64,000 bases of DNA from a virus (IMGVR_UViG_3300045996_002451:1-64000), one strand, 5' to 3'; shown: positions 38,517 through 46,460, numbered from the stretch's first letter. Made by a program: numbers and translations. The notes: generated by a model from the sequence alone, not told the origin.

Positions 38517-38615
38517 GATACACCGTGGGACTCGAACCCACCCGTATGACACTTTTCAGGTCATCGCCGTCCCTGGTTCTTCACCAGGCGCTCTGCCAAC
38601 TGAGCTACGTGCATC
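38517..38615 (-). ncRNA. atypical tRNA-like RNA (loop TGAAGAA, G33; long variable region)
   Basis: D arm GCTCAGTTGGCAGAGC, CCTGG/CCAGG stem, GTGGG-TTCGAGT-CCCAC. Confidence 0.7.
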
Positions 38616-38734
38616 ACACCAACTATTTAGTTGTAAGGGAGGCAGGGAACATCAGCTAGTCGCGCTTTGCTGACTCTTCTAGGGGCTTTGTATCTGTACG
38701 TCTACTCGGGTAACCATCCCCTTACACCTGCCAA

Positions 38735-38806
38735 GCTGCAACGTGGGACTCGGACCCACACAAACCAAGCGTACTTAGTTGCTCTACCAGTTAAGCTAGT
38801 TGCAGC
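38735..38806 (-). ncRNA. tRNA mimic with UACG tetraloop instead of anticodon loop
   Basis: GCTGCAAC/GTTGCAGC, ACTAAG-TACG-CTTGGT, T-loop TCCGAGT. Confidence 0.75.
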
Positions 38807-38851
38807 TCTCTGAAAACTGAAAGGACTCTCACCCACTCAGTTGCCAGAAAA

Positions 38852-39163
38852 TCAGTCGGACCAGGTAATCTGGGCGTCATCCCAGCGCACGTTGTACTCG
38901 ACCGGGGAGACGGTGGGCCACTCGCCGACCCAGAGGATCTGAGTCTGCTCTTCGGAAGGCCCGTCGGAGTAAGCCGAGAACTCCTGTCCAGTCTGGGGAC
39001 CCGTCAGGTTCTGCGCCGTGGTGAACCCGGTCCACGGATCGTAGGACCGCACCGCGCACGTTTCTACTGTGGTCGCAGTGGGTTCCGCGCGGCTCTGGGT
39101 GCCTGGAAAAAGAAGACTGGCTGCGAGGGCCAGGATCAGGGCGAACAGTACTGGGAACTTCAT
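38852..39163 (-). CDS. putative secreted protein
   Basis: signal peptide MKFPVLFALILALAASLL...SRA; GGAGG RBS. Confidence 0.7.
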   Translation of the reverse strand: MKFPVLFALILALAASLLFPGTQSRAEPTATTVETCAVRSYDPWTGFTTAQNLTGPQTGQEFSAYSDGPSEEQTQILWVGEWPTVSPVEYNVRWDDAQITWSD

Positions 39164-39221
39164 GGAAACCTCCGTTCAGGTAAAAGATTACGAACTGCTC
39201 AGGTTACCCGAGCGTGGTTAG

Positions 39222-39341
39222 GTGGGGAAGCAGGAATCGAACCTGCGTCTCGATCTCCTCAAGATAAACCTTCAACACCGGCCCATTGCTGGACAAAAAA
39301 GAAGAAGGGTTTACGCGCCTTGCCACTAGGCCATTCCCCAC
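39222..39341 (-). ncRNA. tRNA with circularly permuted Y module in anticodon arm
   Basis: GTGGGGAA/TTCCCCAC, D and T arms; TAAACCCTTC..TTGTCCA-GCAA-TGGGCCGG..GAAGGTTTA. Confidence 0.8.
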
Positions 39342-39414
39342 ATGTGATCCGCTATGAAATTGAAACAGTCTGGGTAGGGACGGAGGTGCTGACGCCCCCA
39401 CCCCGACTGCGCTA

Positions 39415-39548
39415 GGACCAACTACCTCGATTACGCCAGGCAGCCCACGAGAAGGCACTTCCGGTCTAGGGAGCACAGCGATCCCTCGCTGTTCCGGTCA
39501 CCCGTTCTGGGTGGAGACAGTAACTCCCACCTGTTTACCTGCTAGTCC
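39415..39548 (-). ncRNA. unknown structured RNA, copy A
   Basis: paralog of 39688..39827 with compensatory stem changes. Confidence 0.7.
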
Positions 39549-39552
39549 AATA

Positions 39553-39625
39553 GAGCGGGAGAGGGACTTGAACCCTCAGTCTTTGGGTTATGAGCCCAAC
39601 GTTTTACCAATTACACTATCCCGCA
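39553..39625 (-). tRNA. tRNA-Met(CAT), initiator-like
   Basis: unpaired 1:72, TTGGG-CTCATAA-CCCAA with three consecutive G-C pairs; no encoded CCA. Confidence 0.88.
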
Positions 39626-39687
39626 ACAAATGAGGGTTAGGTAGGGGACGACCACCCGTTGTCTTGATCTGTCCCCTACCGTTCTCC

Positions 39688-39827
39688 AGAGTTAGACATC
39701 CCCGATTACAGCAGGCACCACACGGGAAGGCGCGTCCGGTCAGAGTGCAAAGGCATCCCTGCCCTTTCCGACCTCTGTTCTAGAGGTTAGATACGTTAAC
39801 ACTCACCTGTTTGCCTTGTCTAACTCT
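39688..39827 (-). ncRNA. unknown structured RNA, copy B
   Basis: 11-bp terminal stem AGAGTTAGACA/TGTCTAACTCT; conserved loops AGAAC, GGGA, TTCYCGTG. Confidence 0.7.
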
Positions 39828-40248
39828 TCCGTAGCTACTTCCTGACGGCTATCGCTTTTCGAACCTCACGGGAAGTGATCCCTTCGTCAACATTCAACCT
39901 ACCCCGTATTAAACGGATCGATCTAGTTAACCACGCAGTAAACTGCGCCGGAGGAACGTGTCCGGTCTTGCGCTGGACGAACCTAGCTCAGACTACCCCA
40001 CAAGGGTGGTTATCAGGTGGCCCGACTGCGTCTTGCGACGTCACCACGGTTGGGCCTTCTTCAGGTGTTACCCCGAAGCCGTTATTTAGTTGTGATTGCG
40101 TCAACCTACACATTCAGGGACCACGGGACTAGCCCCCTGAACCCTTCCTGCGCCCCAGTTCCCGATTCCGGGCGCAGCTCTCCACGGTACCTCGCTGTTT
40201 GCACGTTCAAGAAAGTTCGTGCTCCAGCTTCCCTCGGTTGACACAGCT

Positions 40249-40384
40249 TAGATGGACAAGGAGTTTTTGTTTGGGGGTTAGGTGGGACTCGAACCCACAA
40301 CCTCCGGGCTATGCACCCGGCGCTCTACCGATTGAGCTACTCGTGCAGTGTGAGCGCGATAACCCAAACAACACGGCCCATCTA
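40249..40384 (-). ncRNA. Y RNA whose effector domain is a D-anticodon-T tRNA body attached at the acceptor end
   Basis: TAGATGGGCCG..TTGTTTGGGTTATC..D arm..CCGGG-TGCATAG-CCCGG..T arm..CCCAAACAA..CTTGTCCATCTA. Confidence 0.8.
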
Positions 40385-40391
40385 GAAAATG

Positions 40392-40568
40392 AAGTCGAGC
40401 AAGTTAGCGCAGTCGGAGGTTTATGGCCGTGCGTACAGGGTCCCGAAGGCTGACCTGCCGTTTACACGAGTACCTTCACCCAAAGGGCACCAGTACCCTC
40501 GCTGTGCCAGTTGCCTGGCCTGAGCTACCTTAGGACCATTAGATTACCGAAATGCTTCGGCTCGACTT
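40392..40568 (-). ncRNA. long Y RNA-like with multi-hairpin effector domain
   Basis: AAGTCGAGCCGAAG..GGTAATC...ACTTGCTCGACTT. Confidence 0.72.
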
Positions 40569-40918
40569 AAAACTACCAGAGCGGTCCGTATACCGCTCTG
40601 GTCGCGGTAGTGCTTTAGTGCCTACCTCACTTCTCCCAGTCTCGTTGGGAGTTCCCGCCGACCTTATCTTTTAGCAGGTCAGTCGCTGCAGATTATGACG
40701 CTATCTGCGATCGTTGCGCAAGAGTCGTTATACGGCGTCTCTCCTGCCCTAAAGCTGGGCAGTTGCGCTCCAGGAAGCAACACGCTGCAACTGTTGTAAC
40801 TAACGGTCTGTAAACGGTTTCGGAGTAAGCCCTTCCGCAGCCTAGGTACCCTCTGCGGTGCTTGTTTACAAACGGTTGTCCCGTCACAGCGGACGGTGTG
40901 TCGCTTACCTGGCTTCCG

Positions 40919-41365
40919 TTAGGAAGTCGGTTCGGAAAGGTTGGTGCGCAGCAAATGAAGCATCCGCTTTGCTGGCAAGGACAAGGCGCCGAGATCGGTC
41001 AAGGCGCAGCGCAGCCGGATCTTCTGGTAGTTTTCCAGCAAGGCGCGCATGTAAGACTGACCTTCCGGGAGTTTCCCGTAGATACGCTTGATGACCAGAA
41101 ACTTGTTCAAGGCCACGGCGGTACCCAGTTCGAAGTGGCAACCTCGAGAGGTCTCATCCCAGAAGACGTGCACCACGTCCGCGTCCACCATGGCTCCCAG
41201 GTGACCGAACAGGATCTCTGCTCCTGTCGGGCAGGCTTCCATGGGAGTGTCCCAATAGGAGAAGACCGTGTGACCCTCGTCGCGAAGACCCGCTATGTGG
41301 GCCTTGATCAGCAACGTACGACCGGGTTCAGCAGCACGTACCGGACAGATCACAACGATCTTCAT
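40919..41365 (-). CDS. nucleoside 2-deoxyribosyltransferase-like protein
   Basis: AMVDADVVHVFWDETSRGCHFELGTAVALNK. Confidence 0.75.
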   Translation of the reverse strand: MKIVVICPVRAAEPGRTLLIKAHIAGLRDEGHTVFSYWDTPMEACPTGAEILFGHLGAMVDADVVHVFWDETSRGCHFELGTAVALNKFLVIKRIYGKLPEGQSYMRALLENYQKIRLRCALTDLGALSLPAKRMLHLLRTNLSEPTS

Positions 41366-41394
41366 GCTTTACCTCACGATGAAGTTGTCAAAGA

Positions 41395-41467
41395 TTGAGC
41401 AGGCAAGTTAAGCGGGGCTGGGGGTGATCGTTAACAGTGATAACCCAATCCCATTCGGCCCGATCAA
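41395..41467 (-). ncRNA. short Y RNA-like
   Basis: TTGATCGGGCCGAATG..GGGTTATC..ACTTGCCTGCTCAA. Confidence 0.75.
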
Positions 41468-41502
41468 AAAACTGGAGAAAGCGCGCTGGCGATCTTTGCT
41501 AT

Positions 41503-41531
41503 AGCTTAAGCTACAAACAAACGCCTGTCAA
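41503..41531 (-). promoter_or_regulatory. sigma70-type promoter heading the RNA cluster
   Basis: TTGACA-17 nt-TAAGCT on minus strand about 35 nt before first Y RNA. Confidence 0.75.
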
Positions 41532-41705
41532 GGTCTTTCTTCCCAAAAGGCACCCTAAGCTAACAGGACGTGGCGATAGCTACAGGTAGGTTCGTCCAAC
41601 AGCGCGTTAGGGCACGTAAGCGTCAAGAGATAACCGCGCGGCGTCACGTACTGGAGCACCGAGACTAGCTCGGCCTCACAGTACGGACACCGTCCCAGGG
41701 GCGCC

Positions 41706-42077
41706 TCAGGCCGAGGCTGGGTTTCCATCTGAAACCTCTGCTGCTTGGCGTAGTACGCGCGCCACGTTTTCTGCCGTCTGGTCCTGGCGGTCATTGAACA
41801 TGGACAACGAGAAACCAGGCAGCAACGGACGTACGGTTTCCATGGCATCAGACACCAGGTTTGCCTGAGCGAACCCGTTCTGCTCATTGCACAGTTCATA
41901 AGCAGCCCGGGTCATTGCCCCGAGCATGCAGAATCTACACGCCTGGGGGTTAACCGCAAAGACCGGCTTGCCCGTGGCGTCAACCGCCATCGAGCCTTGA
42001 TGCCACCCGGTTTCGATCAGGTCCGCAGCCTGGAGCAGTACCTGGCGCACACTTACGTTGTTCTCGAGACTCATCAT
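41706..42077 (-). CDS. DUF6197-like phage protein
   Basis: VLLQAADLIETGWHQG...CRFCMLGAM...FND...TAENV. Confidence 0.7.
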   Translation of the reverse strand: MMSLENNVSVRQVLLQAADLIETGWHQGSMAVDATGKPVFAVNPQACRFCMLGAMTRAAYELCNEQNGFAQANLVSDAMETVRPLLPGFSLSMFNDRQDQTAENVARVLRQAAEVSDGNPASA

Positions 42078-42085
42078 GACTCCTG

Positions 42086-42931
42086 TTACACGGGTACTCG
42101 GCGCGTGAGTTCCTGCCGGATCTCTTCCAGCATGGCGCCCATATGATTCTGGCCCTGTTCATCCGGCCCATCGCCCCAGTACGCATCCCACGGTGCCGCA
42201 TGAATGAGCGTTCTGCCCCCCGTAGCGAGGAGACGTTCTGCCAGCAGTGGGTGCTGATCGAACTTGGCCCATAAGAGCTGAGCCATCACGTGTCCGCGTA
42301 AGGTGTCCCAGTCCGGGATCGCTTCGACCTTACCACCCAGCTTCTTCGCCGCTTCCGGGGTCGGAGCTAGCTCTACTTTGGTCCGCTCCTTCGGGTCTGC
42401 GCACTTGGCACCCTGATAGGCGTGCTCCGCAGTCAGCCAGAGCGTTCCCTCGAAGATCACGGGGTGTGAGCTGAAATTACTCAGCCAACTCCACTCCGGC
42501 GTCTTGCTGTTGAACCGAATGGCGTCATCCGGCTGAAACCGGTGGGGCCAGCGCTGCGCGGCTTCCTGGATCAAGAGATGCGTGTGACAGAACTGATTGT
42601 CGGCACAATAGCAACAGAGCACCGCGCGGCCCTTCTTTTCCAGACCAAAGAGATAGAGCTGTCGCCAGGAGGCTCCGGCAGACCGCATGATCGCCTGGTA
42701 CTGCTCAGTATACTCGGCGTCGCTCAGCGGTGGGTAGCCTGGGTACGGCATCGGGAGACCGCGCTGGAGCGCCGTGTGATTCTTGTGTCCCAGGACCATC
42801 GGCCAGTTAGGCGCGAAGCCGCGGGCCCAGTCTTTACCGCTCTTGACCGTCACGTCCACGTAGTGGTCTAGCAGTGGGGTGGAGCCGCGTAGTTGGGCCC
42901 GGCGTAATTGGACTACCTGGATCTCACTCAT
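42086..42931 (-). CDS. NADAR (YbiA-like) domain protein with N-terminal Cys/His domain
   Basis: WLSNF, TAEHAYQGAK, AKFDQH, LLATG, DAYWG, GQNHMG; N-term LCCYC...CHTH. Confidence 0.9.
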   Translation of the reverse strand: MSEIQVVQLRRAQLRGSTPLLDHYVDVTVKSGKDWARGFAPNWPMVLGHKNHTALQRGLPMPYPGYPPLSDAEYTEQYQAIMRSAGASWRQLYLFGLEKKGRAVLCCYCADNQFCHTHLLIQEAAQRWPHRFQPDDAIRFNSKTPEWSWLSNFSSHPVIFEGTLWLTAEHAYQGAKCADPKERTKVELAPTPEAAKKLGGKVEAIPDWDTLRGHVMAQLLWAKFDQHPLLAERLLATGGRTLIHAAPWDAYWGDGPDEQGQNHMGAMLEEIRQELTRRVPV

Positions 42932-43041
42932 CAGCGCGTCTCCTTCTTAGTAGAGGTGGGAGCCTGGACTTAACCCTCTCCCACCCCTACACGCAATCTT
43001 CCCTAAAGGCACCCCTTACCAAAAGAGGGTCACTGCGCCTT

Positions 43042-43488
43042 CTACGTTCGGGGAAGCTTGAGATTCTTTCGTAAGGCAAACCCCCGAAGACGATGTTCCA
43101 CCTGGACGTGATAGGTCTCGAGATTGCTAGACATAGCGGCGTCATCGTGTAACTTTTGCAACTCTTCTAGGAAGGCGAGCCGGTTCTTCTCCGCGGTTAA
43201 ACCGAAGCATGCGTTCAACTGCGGAAAGCTGCGACAAAGAAGGTCAAGCGAACTGGCTTTCTCCATCTCGGGAACATAGAGTTCGTCCGGGATCAAGGCG
43301 CCGACAAAGCAGCGAACCGGATCCGCTGCTTTTAACGAAGCCCGGAAGGTACAGACTCCGGTTTCACCAGAGGGGTCTTGAGATAGGCTGGGCGGGGTGC
43401 GCTTGACTACTGCCAGGTCCCAGACCTTGTCGAAGATCTCTTGCTGGGTCAGCGGCGTTTCAGGCAGCTTGTAGTTGTTCTGGCTCAT
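43042..43488 (-). CDS. paralog family B protein
   Basis: QEIFDKVW...CTFR...RCFVGALIPDELYVPEME...LQKLHD. Confidence 0.75.
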   Translation of the reverse strand: MSQNNYKLPETPLTQQEIFDKVWDLAVVKRTPPSLSQDPSGETGVCTFRASLKAADPVRCFVGALIPDELYVPEMEKASSLDLLCRSFPQLNACFGLTAEKNRLAFLEELQKLHDDAAMSSNLETYHVQVEHRLRGFALRKNLKLPRT

Positions 43489-43831
43489 CGCTAAGTCCTT
43501 CGACGGGGTTGGTCAGTGCGTCCATACGCTGGCGATCATGCTGGGTAGCATACTCGCCAAGAAAGTACGAGTTGGAAAAGGTGACGTTCCAGTCGCTGAA
43601 GAAGATGAACAACAAGCTGCCGTTCTGCTGACGCAGTACGTAGCCTTCGTGGTTGTCGGGTCGACTATTCGCACGCTTGGCCAACGTCTGGTGCAGCTTC
43701 TGAAAGTCGCTCTGTCCATTATACTTGATGCGCAGGAACGCATCCTGGGGCCAGGCGTGGCGGTAGGTGAAGTGGTGGCCGATCTCGGCATCGTACAGCT
43801 CTACGTCAAACTCGGGCATGCTACCCTCCAA
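43460..43831 (-). CDS. hypothetical protein
   Basis: coupled ORF. Confidence 0.6.
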   Translation of the reverse strand: MEGSMPEFDVELYDAEIGHHFTYRHAWPQDAFLRIKYNGQSDFQKLHQTLAKRANSRPDNHEGYVLRQQNGSLLFIFFSDWNVTFSNSYFLGEYATQHDRQRMDALTNPVEGLSDEPEQLQAA

Positions 43832-43849
43832 AAACAGGTAATTAGCAGT

Positions 43850-44434
43850 CTAGGACCTGCTTTGATGAATGATTTCCGCAAACAACTGGCGCAGCCGCTC
43901 GGGATCCAACGGTTGGTGGTACTCCGCTTCCGCCACCTCTAGCAGGGCACGATCCGTATGGTAGAGCTGGTGCAGGCCCTGCTCCGTGATGATGACCGGA
44001 GGCTGCGCTGCTCCCTTTAACCGTGCCGCATCTTCCTGGTTAACACGCACCATCTGCTCACCGAGATGTCGCCACAGAATGTTTAACCCGTGCAAGGCTT
44101 CGGCGGGCGTTTCGCCGGTGCTATTGAGCGCGTTGATACCTAGTTGGGGGATCGTGGCCGTGTAGCCGCCGCCTTCTTCCGGGGTCAACCGACGCACCGC
44201 GACCAGGTAGGGATGTTCAAACGGTGAACACGCCAGCTTTTCCAGCTCCGCAATGTAGTCGCCTTGCTTAACGTTCTGGATCCGAAGATTTTCCAGCGTC
44301 TTGGCGATCGAGAACAGGCGATCCAGCAGTTGCTCCTGCTTGGCGCCTGCCTTGCTTTGCTGCTGTTGGATGAGGTACGCCAGGAGCAGTAGCAAGGCGG
44401 CACAGAAAAGCTCCACGACTAAGGTCACACTCAT
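43850..44434 (-). CDS. membrane-anchored protein with HicB-like domain
   Basis: N-term TM plus coiled coil; YLVAVRRLTPEEGGGYTATIPQL...STGETPAEAL. Confidence 0.7.
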   Translation of the reverse strand: MSVTLVVELFCAALLLLLAYLIQQQQSKAGAKQEQLLDRLFSIAKTLENLRIQNVKQGDYIAELEKLACSPFEHPYLVAVRRLTPEEGGGYTATIPQLGINALNSTGETPAEALHGLNILWRHLGEQMVRVNQEDAARLKGAAQPPVIITEQGLHQLYHTDRALLEVAEAEYHQPLDPERLRQLFAEIIHQSRS

Positions 44435-44799
44435 GGTGAGGCTCGCAGTTCTTGTAAGAGGCTGCGAACTTGCAGCGCGGTGAGTTGATTGTCGTGGTCC
44501 TGGCTGCGTTTGTCCAGGAGCTGGATGAACGACTGGAACTGGGGGTCCAGTCGGTAGTGCTGACCGTCGGCGCAGAACTTGTCGTAACCGACTTCTGCAC
44601 GGGGGAAACCGTGTTGCCGCAGGAACGTTGCGACCACGCACCGATGCGGTGCTTGCGGATGGGTCCAGCGTATCGGCAAGTAGAGCAGCGCTTCTTCCGG
44701 CTGGGTGTACACCCATTGCTCCAAGGCCGCAAAAGAAACCGTAGCCGGAGCAGGCACGACGCGTGCCCGACCGGTTAGCGAGTGAGTTTGTTCAGGCAT
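44431..44799 (-). CDS. hypothetical protein
   Basis: GGAG RBS, coupled. Confidence 0.6.
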   Translation of the reverse strand: MPEQTHSLTGRARVVPAPATVSFAALEQWVYTQPEEALLYLPIRWTHPQAPHRCVVATFLRQHGFPRAEVGYDKFCADGQHYRLDPQFQSFIQLLDKRSQDHDNQLTALQVRSLLQELRASP

Positions 44800-44874
44800 C
44801 CACGTACTCCAGGTAGTCCCTAGCGTAGTACCCGACCCATCTTGCAGGTCGCCGGGTACTACGCTAGGAAAGGG

Positions 44875-45258
44875 TCAGGCCGCGTCTTTTCGTTGGTCCA
44901 GAACGGCTTGAGCGTAGCTTTGCAAGTAGGGGACCAGTACTTCCAGTCCTACCAGCGCACCTAAGAGGTCAAATGAGAGCGCGATGAACACCTGATCCTC
45001 CGGATCAGGGCGTGCGCAAAAGTCATTGCAGATGGTGTAGTCGCCATTTGCCATGTACTTGTAGTCACCGACGTGTCCAAGCAAGCAGCGCCGTTGAAGC
45101 GCGTCACAACGGCTCTCACGACGCCAGCTTGGTAAGGGCGCATCGATCACACGCTGTAAGGCTGCAGGGCTGGTCTTATCGAGCAGCCTCTCCAGCCGGA
45201 GTAAACGCGTTTGGTTGGTTGCTGATAGTTCCCCGATTGCGGTCGGTTTAGTTACCAT
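44875..45258 (-). CDS. CLxGH paralog family A protein
   Basis: ALQRVIDAPLPSW...RCLLGHVGDY. Confidence 0.75.
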   Translation of the reverse strand: MVTKPTAIGELSATNQTRLLRLERLLDKTSPAALQRVIDAPLPSWRRESRCDALQRRCLLGHVGDYKYMANGDYTICNDFCARPDPEDQVFIALSFDLLGALVGLEVLVPYLQSYAQAVLDQRKDAA

Positions 45259-45632
45259 CCAAGAAAACTCCTTAACGCGGCATCCGAGACGCAGCCATCT
45301 AAGATGTCGTCCAGTAGGTGCACGATGCGCAGGTGACTCAAGCGTACCTTGTCGTGGGTTTGCTTGGCTTGCTCGGCGTGGTGCGTGCGTTCTCGCACCA
45401 GGTTTTTCCGCGGTTCGGACCACGTCTTTTCCGGATCAAGCGGTTGAACGTAGCTGCTCTTGCCCGCATCATCCAGAAACGGGCAGTGGACTGTGCCGTC
45501 AGGACGGATCCGACTGGCATGCACGCGATGCGGCGCGGCACCATCCAGTTGGAGCGTGAACGCATGGACGCGCGTGCCGCGGAGGATGTAACCGGGATGG
45601 TTCCCGTCTTCGAAAATGATCTGCTCCAACAT
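45252..45632 (-). CDS. hypothetical protein
   Basis: AGGAG RBS. Confidence 0.6.
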   Translation of the reverse strand: MLEQIIFEDGNHPGYILRGTRVHAFTLQLDGAAPHRVHASRIRPDGTVHCPFLDDAGKSSYVQPLDPEKTWSEPRKNLVRERTHHAEQAKQTHDKVRLSHLRIVHLLDDILDGCVSDAALRSFLGW

Positions 45633-45668
45633 GGTAGCAACTCCTGTATGACGTGTGTTACACGGGTA

Positions 45669-46058
45669 TCAACGCGAGCCCCGTCGCTTGGCCTCAAACC
45701 ACTCCAACTCCAGCTCTTGTAGGCTGACCGGACGGAGTTCTGGAAAGAACAGCGTCGGATCCCAAGGCTCTTCGTAGCGGAGCAGTTCCTCGGCGCGCTG
45801 CTTCAGCTCCCAGTTACCGCTGTAACCATTACACACGTAGGCCAGTTCACAGCCGGTGGTGTGAGGGTTGACGAACAGGTGAATGTCCGTCTCGATGCGG
45901 GTAGCGAGGAGACGTAGGGAACAACGCAGGTACGTCATCATCTCGGCGTCGGCATCCGCCAACTCGATCGCCAGGTCTAACGCGCGCGCCTGGAGAGGGT
46001 CGTTGTTCCAGGATCCCAGCACGTACAGCGTGTTGAGGCGTAGTTTAATGTTCTTCAT
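45669..46058 (-). CDS. hypothetical protein
   Basis: GAGG RBS. Confidence 0.6.
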   Translation of the reverse strand: MKNIKLRLNTLYVLGSWNNDPLQARALDLAIELADADAEMMTYLRCSLRLLATRIETDIHLFVNPHTTGCELAYVCNGYSGNWELKQRAEELLRYEEPWDPTLFFPELRPVSLQELELEWFEAKRRGSR

Positions 46059-46067
46059 TCGGCACCT

Positions 46068-46460
46068 CTATGGAGCAGGGATCGACAACTGCTGTTTTGC
46101 GGCGAGCGTCTCAAGTCTACGCTGCAAGGTCTCTCTGAACGCTTTGTGAGAAGCAGCAGTATGACTATCATCCTCGTTAAAAGCAGCTTGATCGTGCTGA
46201 ACCTGAAGCTCCGACAGCAGCTCCTTCAGCGGCAGCAGATCCGCCAGGACTTCCGGATAGTGCTCGAAGAGATCAAAGGCGACGTAGCCTTCCATCTCAG
46301 GATCGTACTGCTCATCGGGAATAAACAGTCCCAAGGCACAGCGCCGACCATCAGACATTCGGTACCGGCAGACACCCAGCTCGTGGATGCTGGGTGGGTG
46401 GTTTTCGTGGATGAAGTGCCGGTAGACACGGTTAAAGGCTTCTTGTGCAGTGATAACCAT
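46068..46460 (-). CDS. paralog family B protein
   Basis: CRYR...RCALGLFIPDEQYDPEME...LQVQHD. Confidence 0.78.
   Translation of the reverse strand: MVITAQEAFNRVYRHFIHENHPPSIHELGVCRYRMSDGRRCALGLFIPDEQYDPEMEGYVAFDLFEHYPEVLADLLPLKELLSELQVQHDQAAFNEDDSHTAASHKAFRETLQRRLETLAAKQQLSIPAP

Noticed and set aside
36865-39341. tRNA genes interrupted by group I or bulge-helix-bulge introns
   Set aside because: Inserts are too short for group I introns, I could not restore a canonical anticodon loop by removing them, and they carry the Y-helix motif shared with free-standing units.
36860-41500. CRISPR array
   Set aside because: No constant direct repeat with regular spacers; the repeats are RNA structural motifs, and no cas gene is present.
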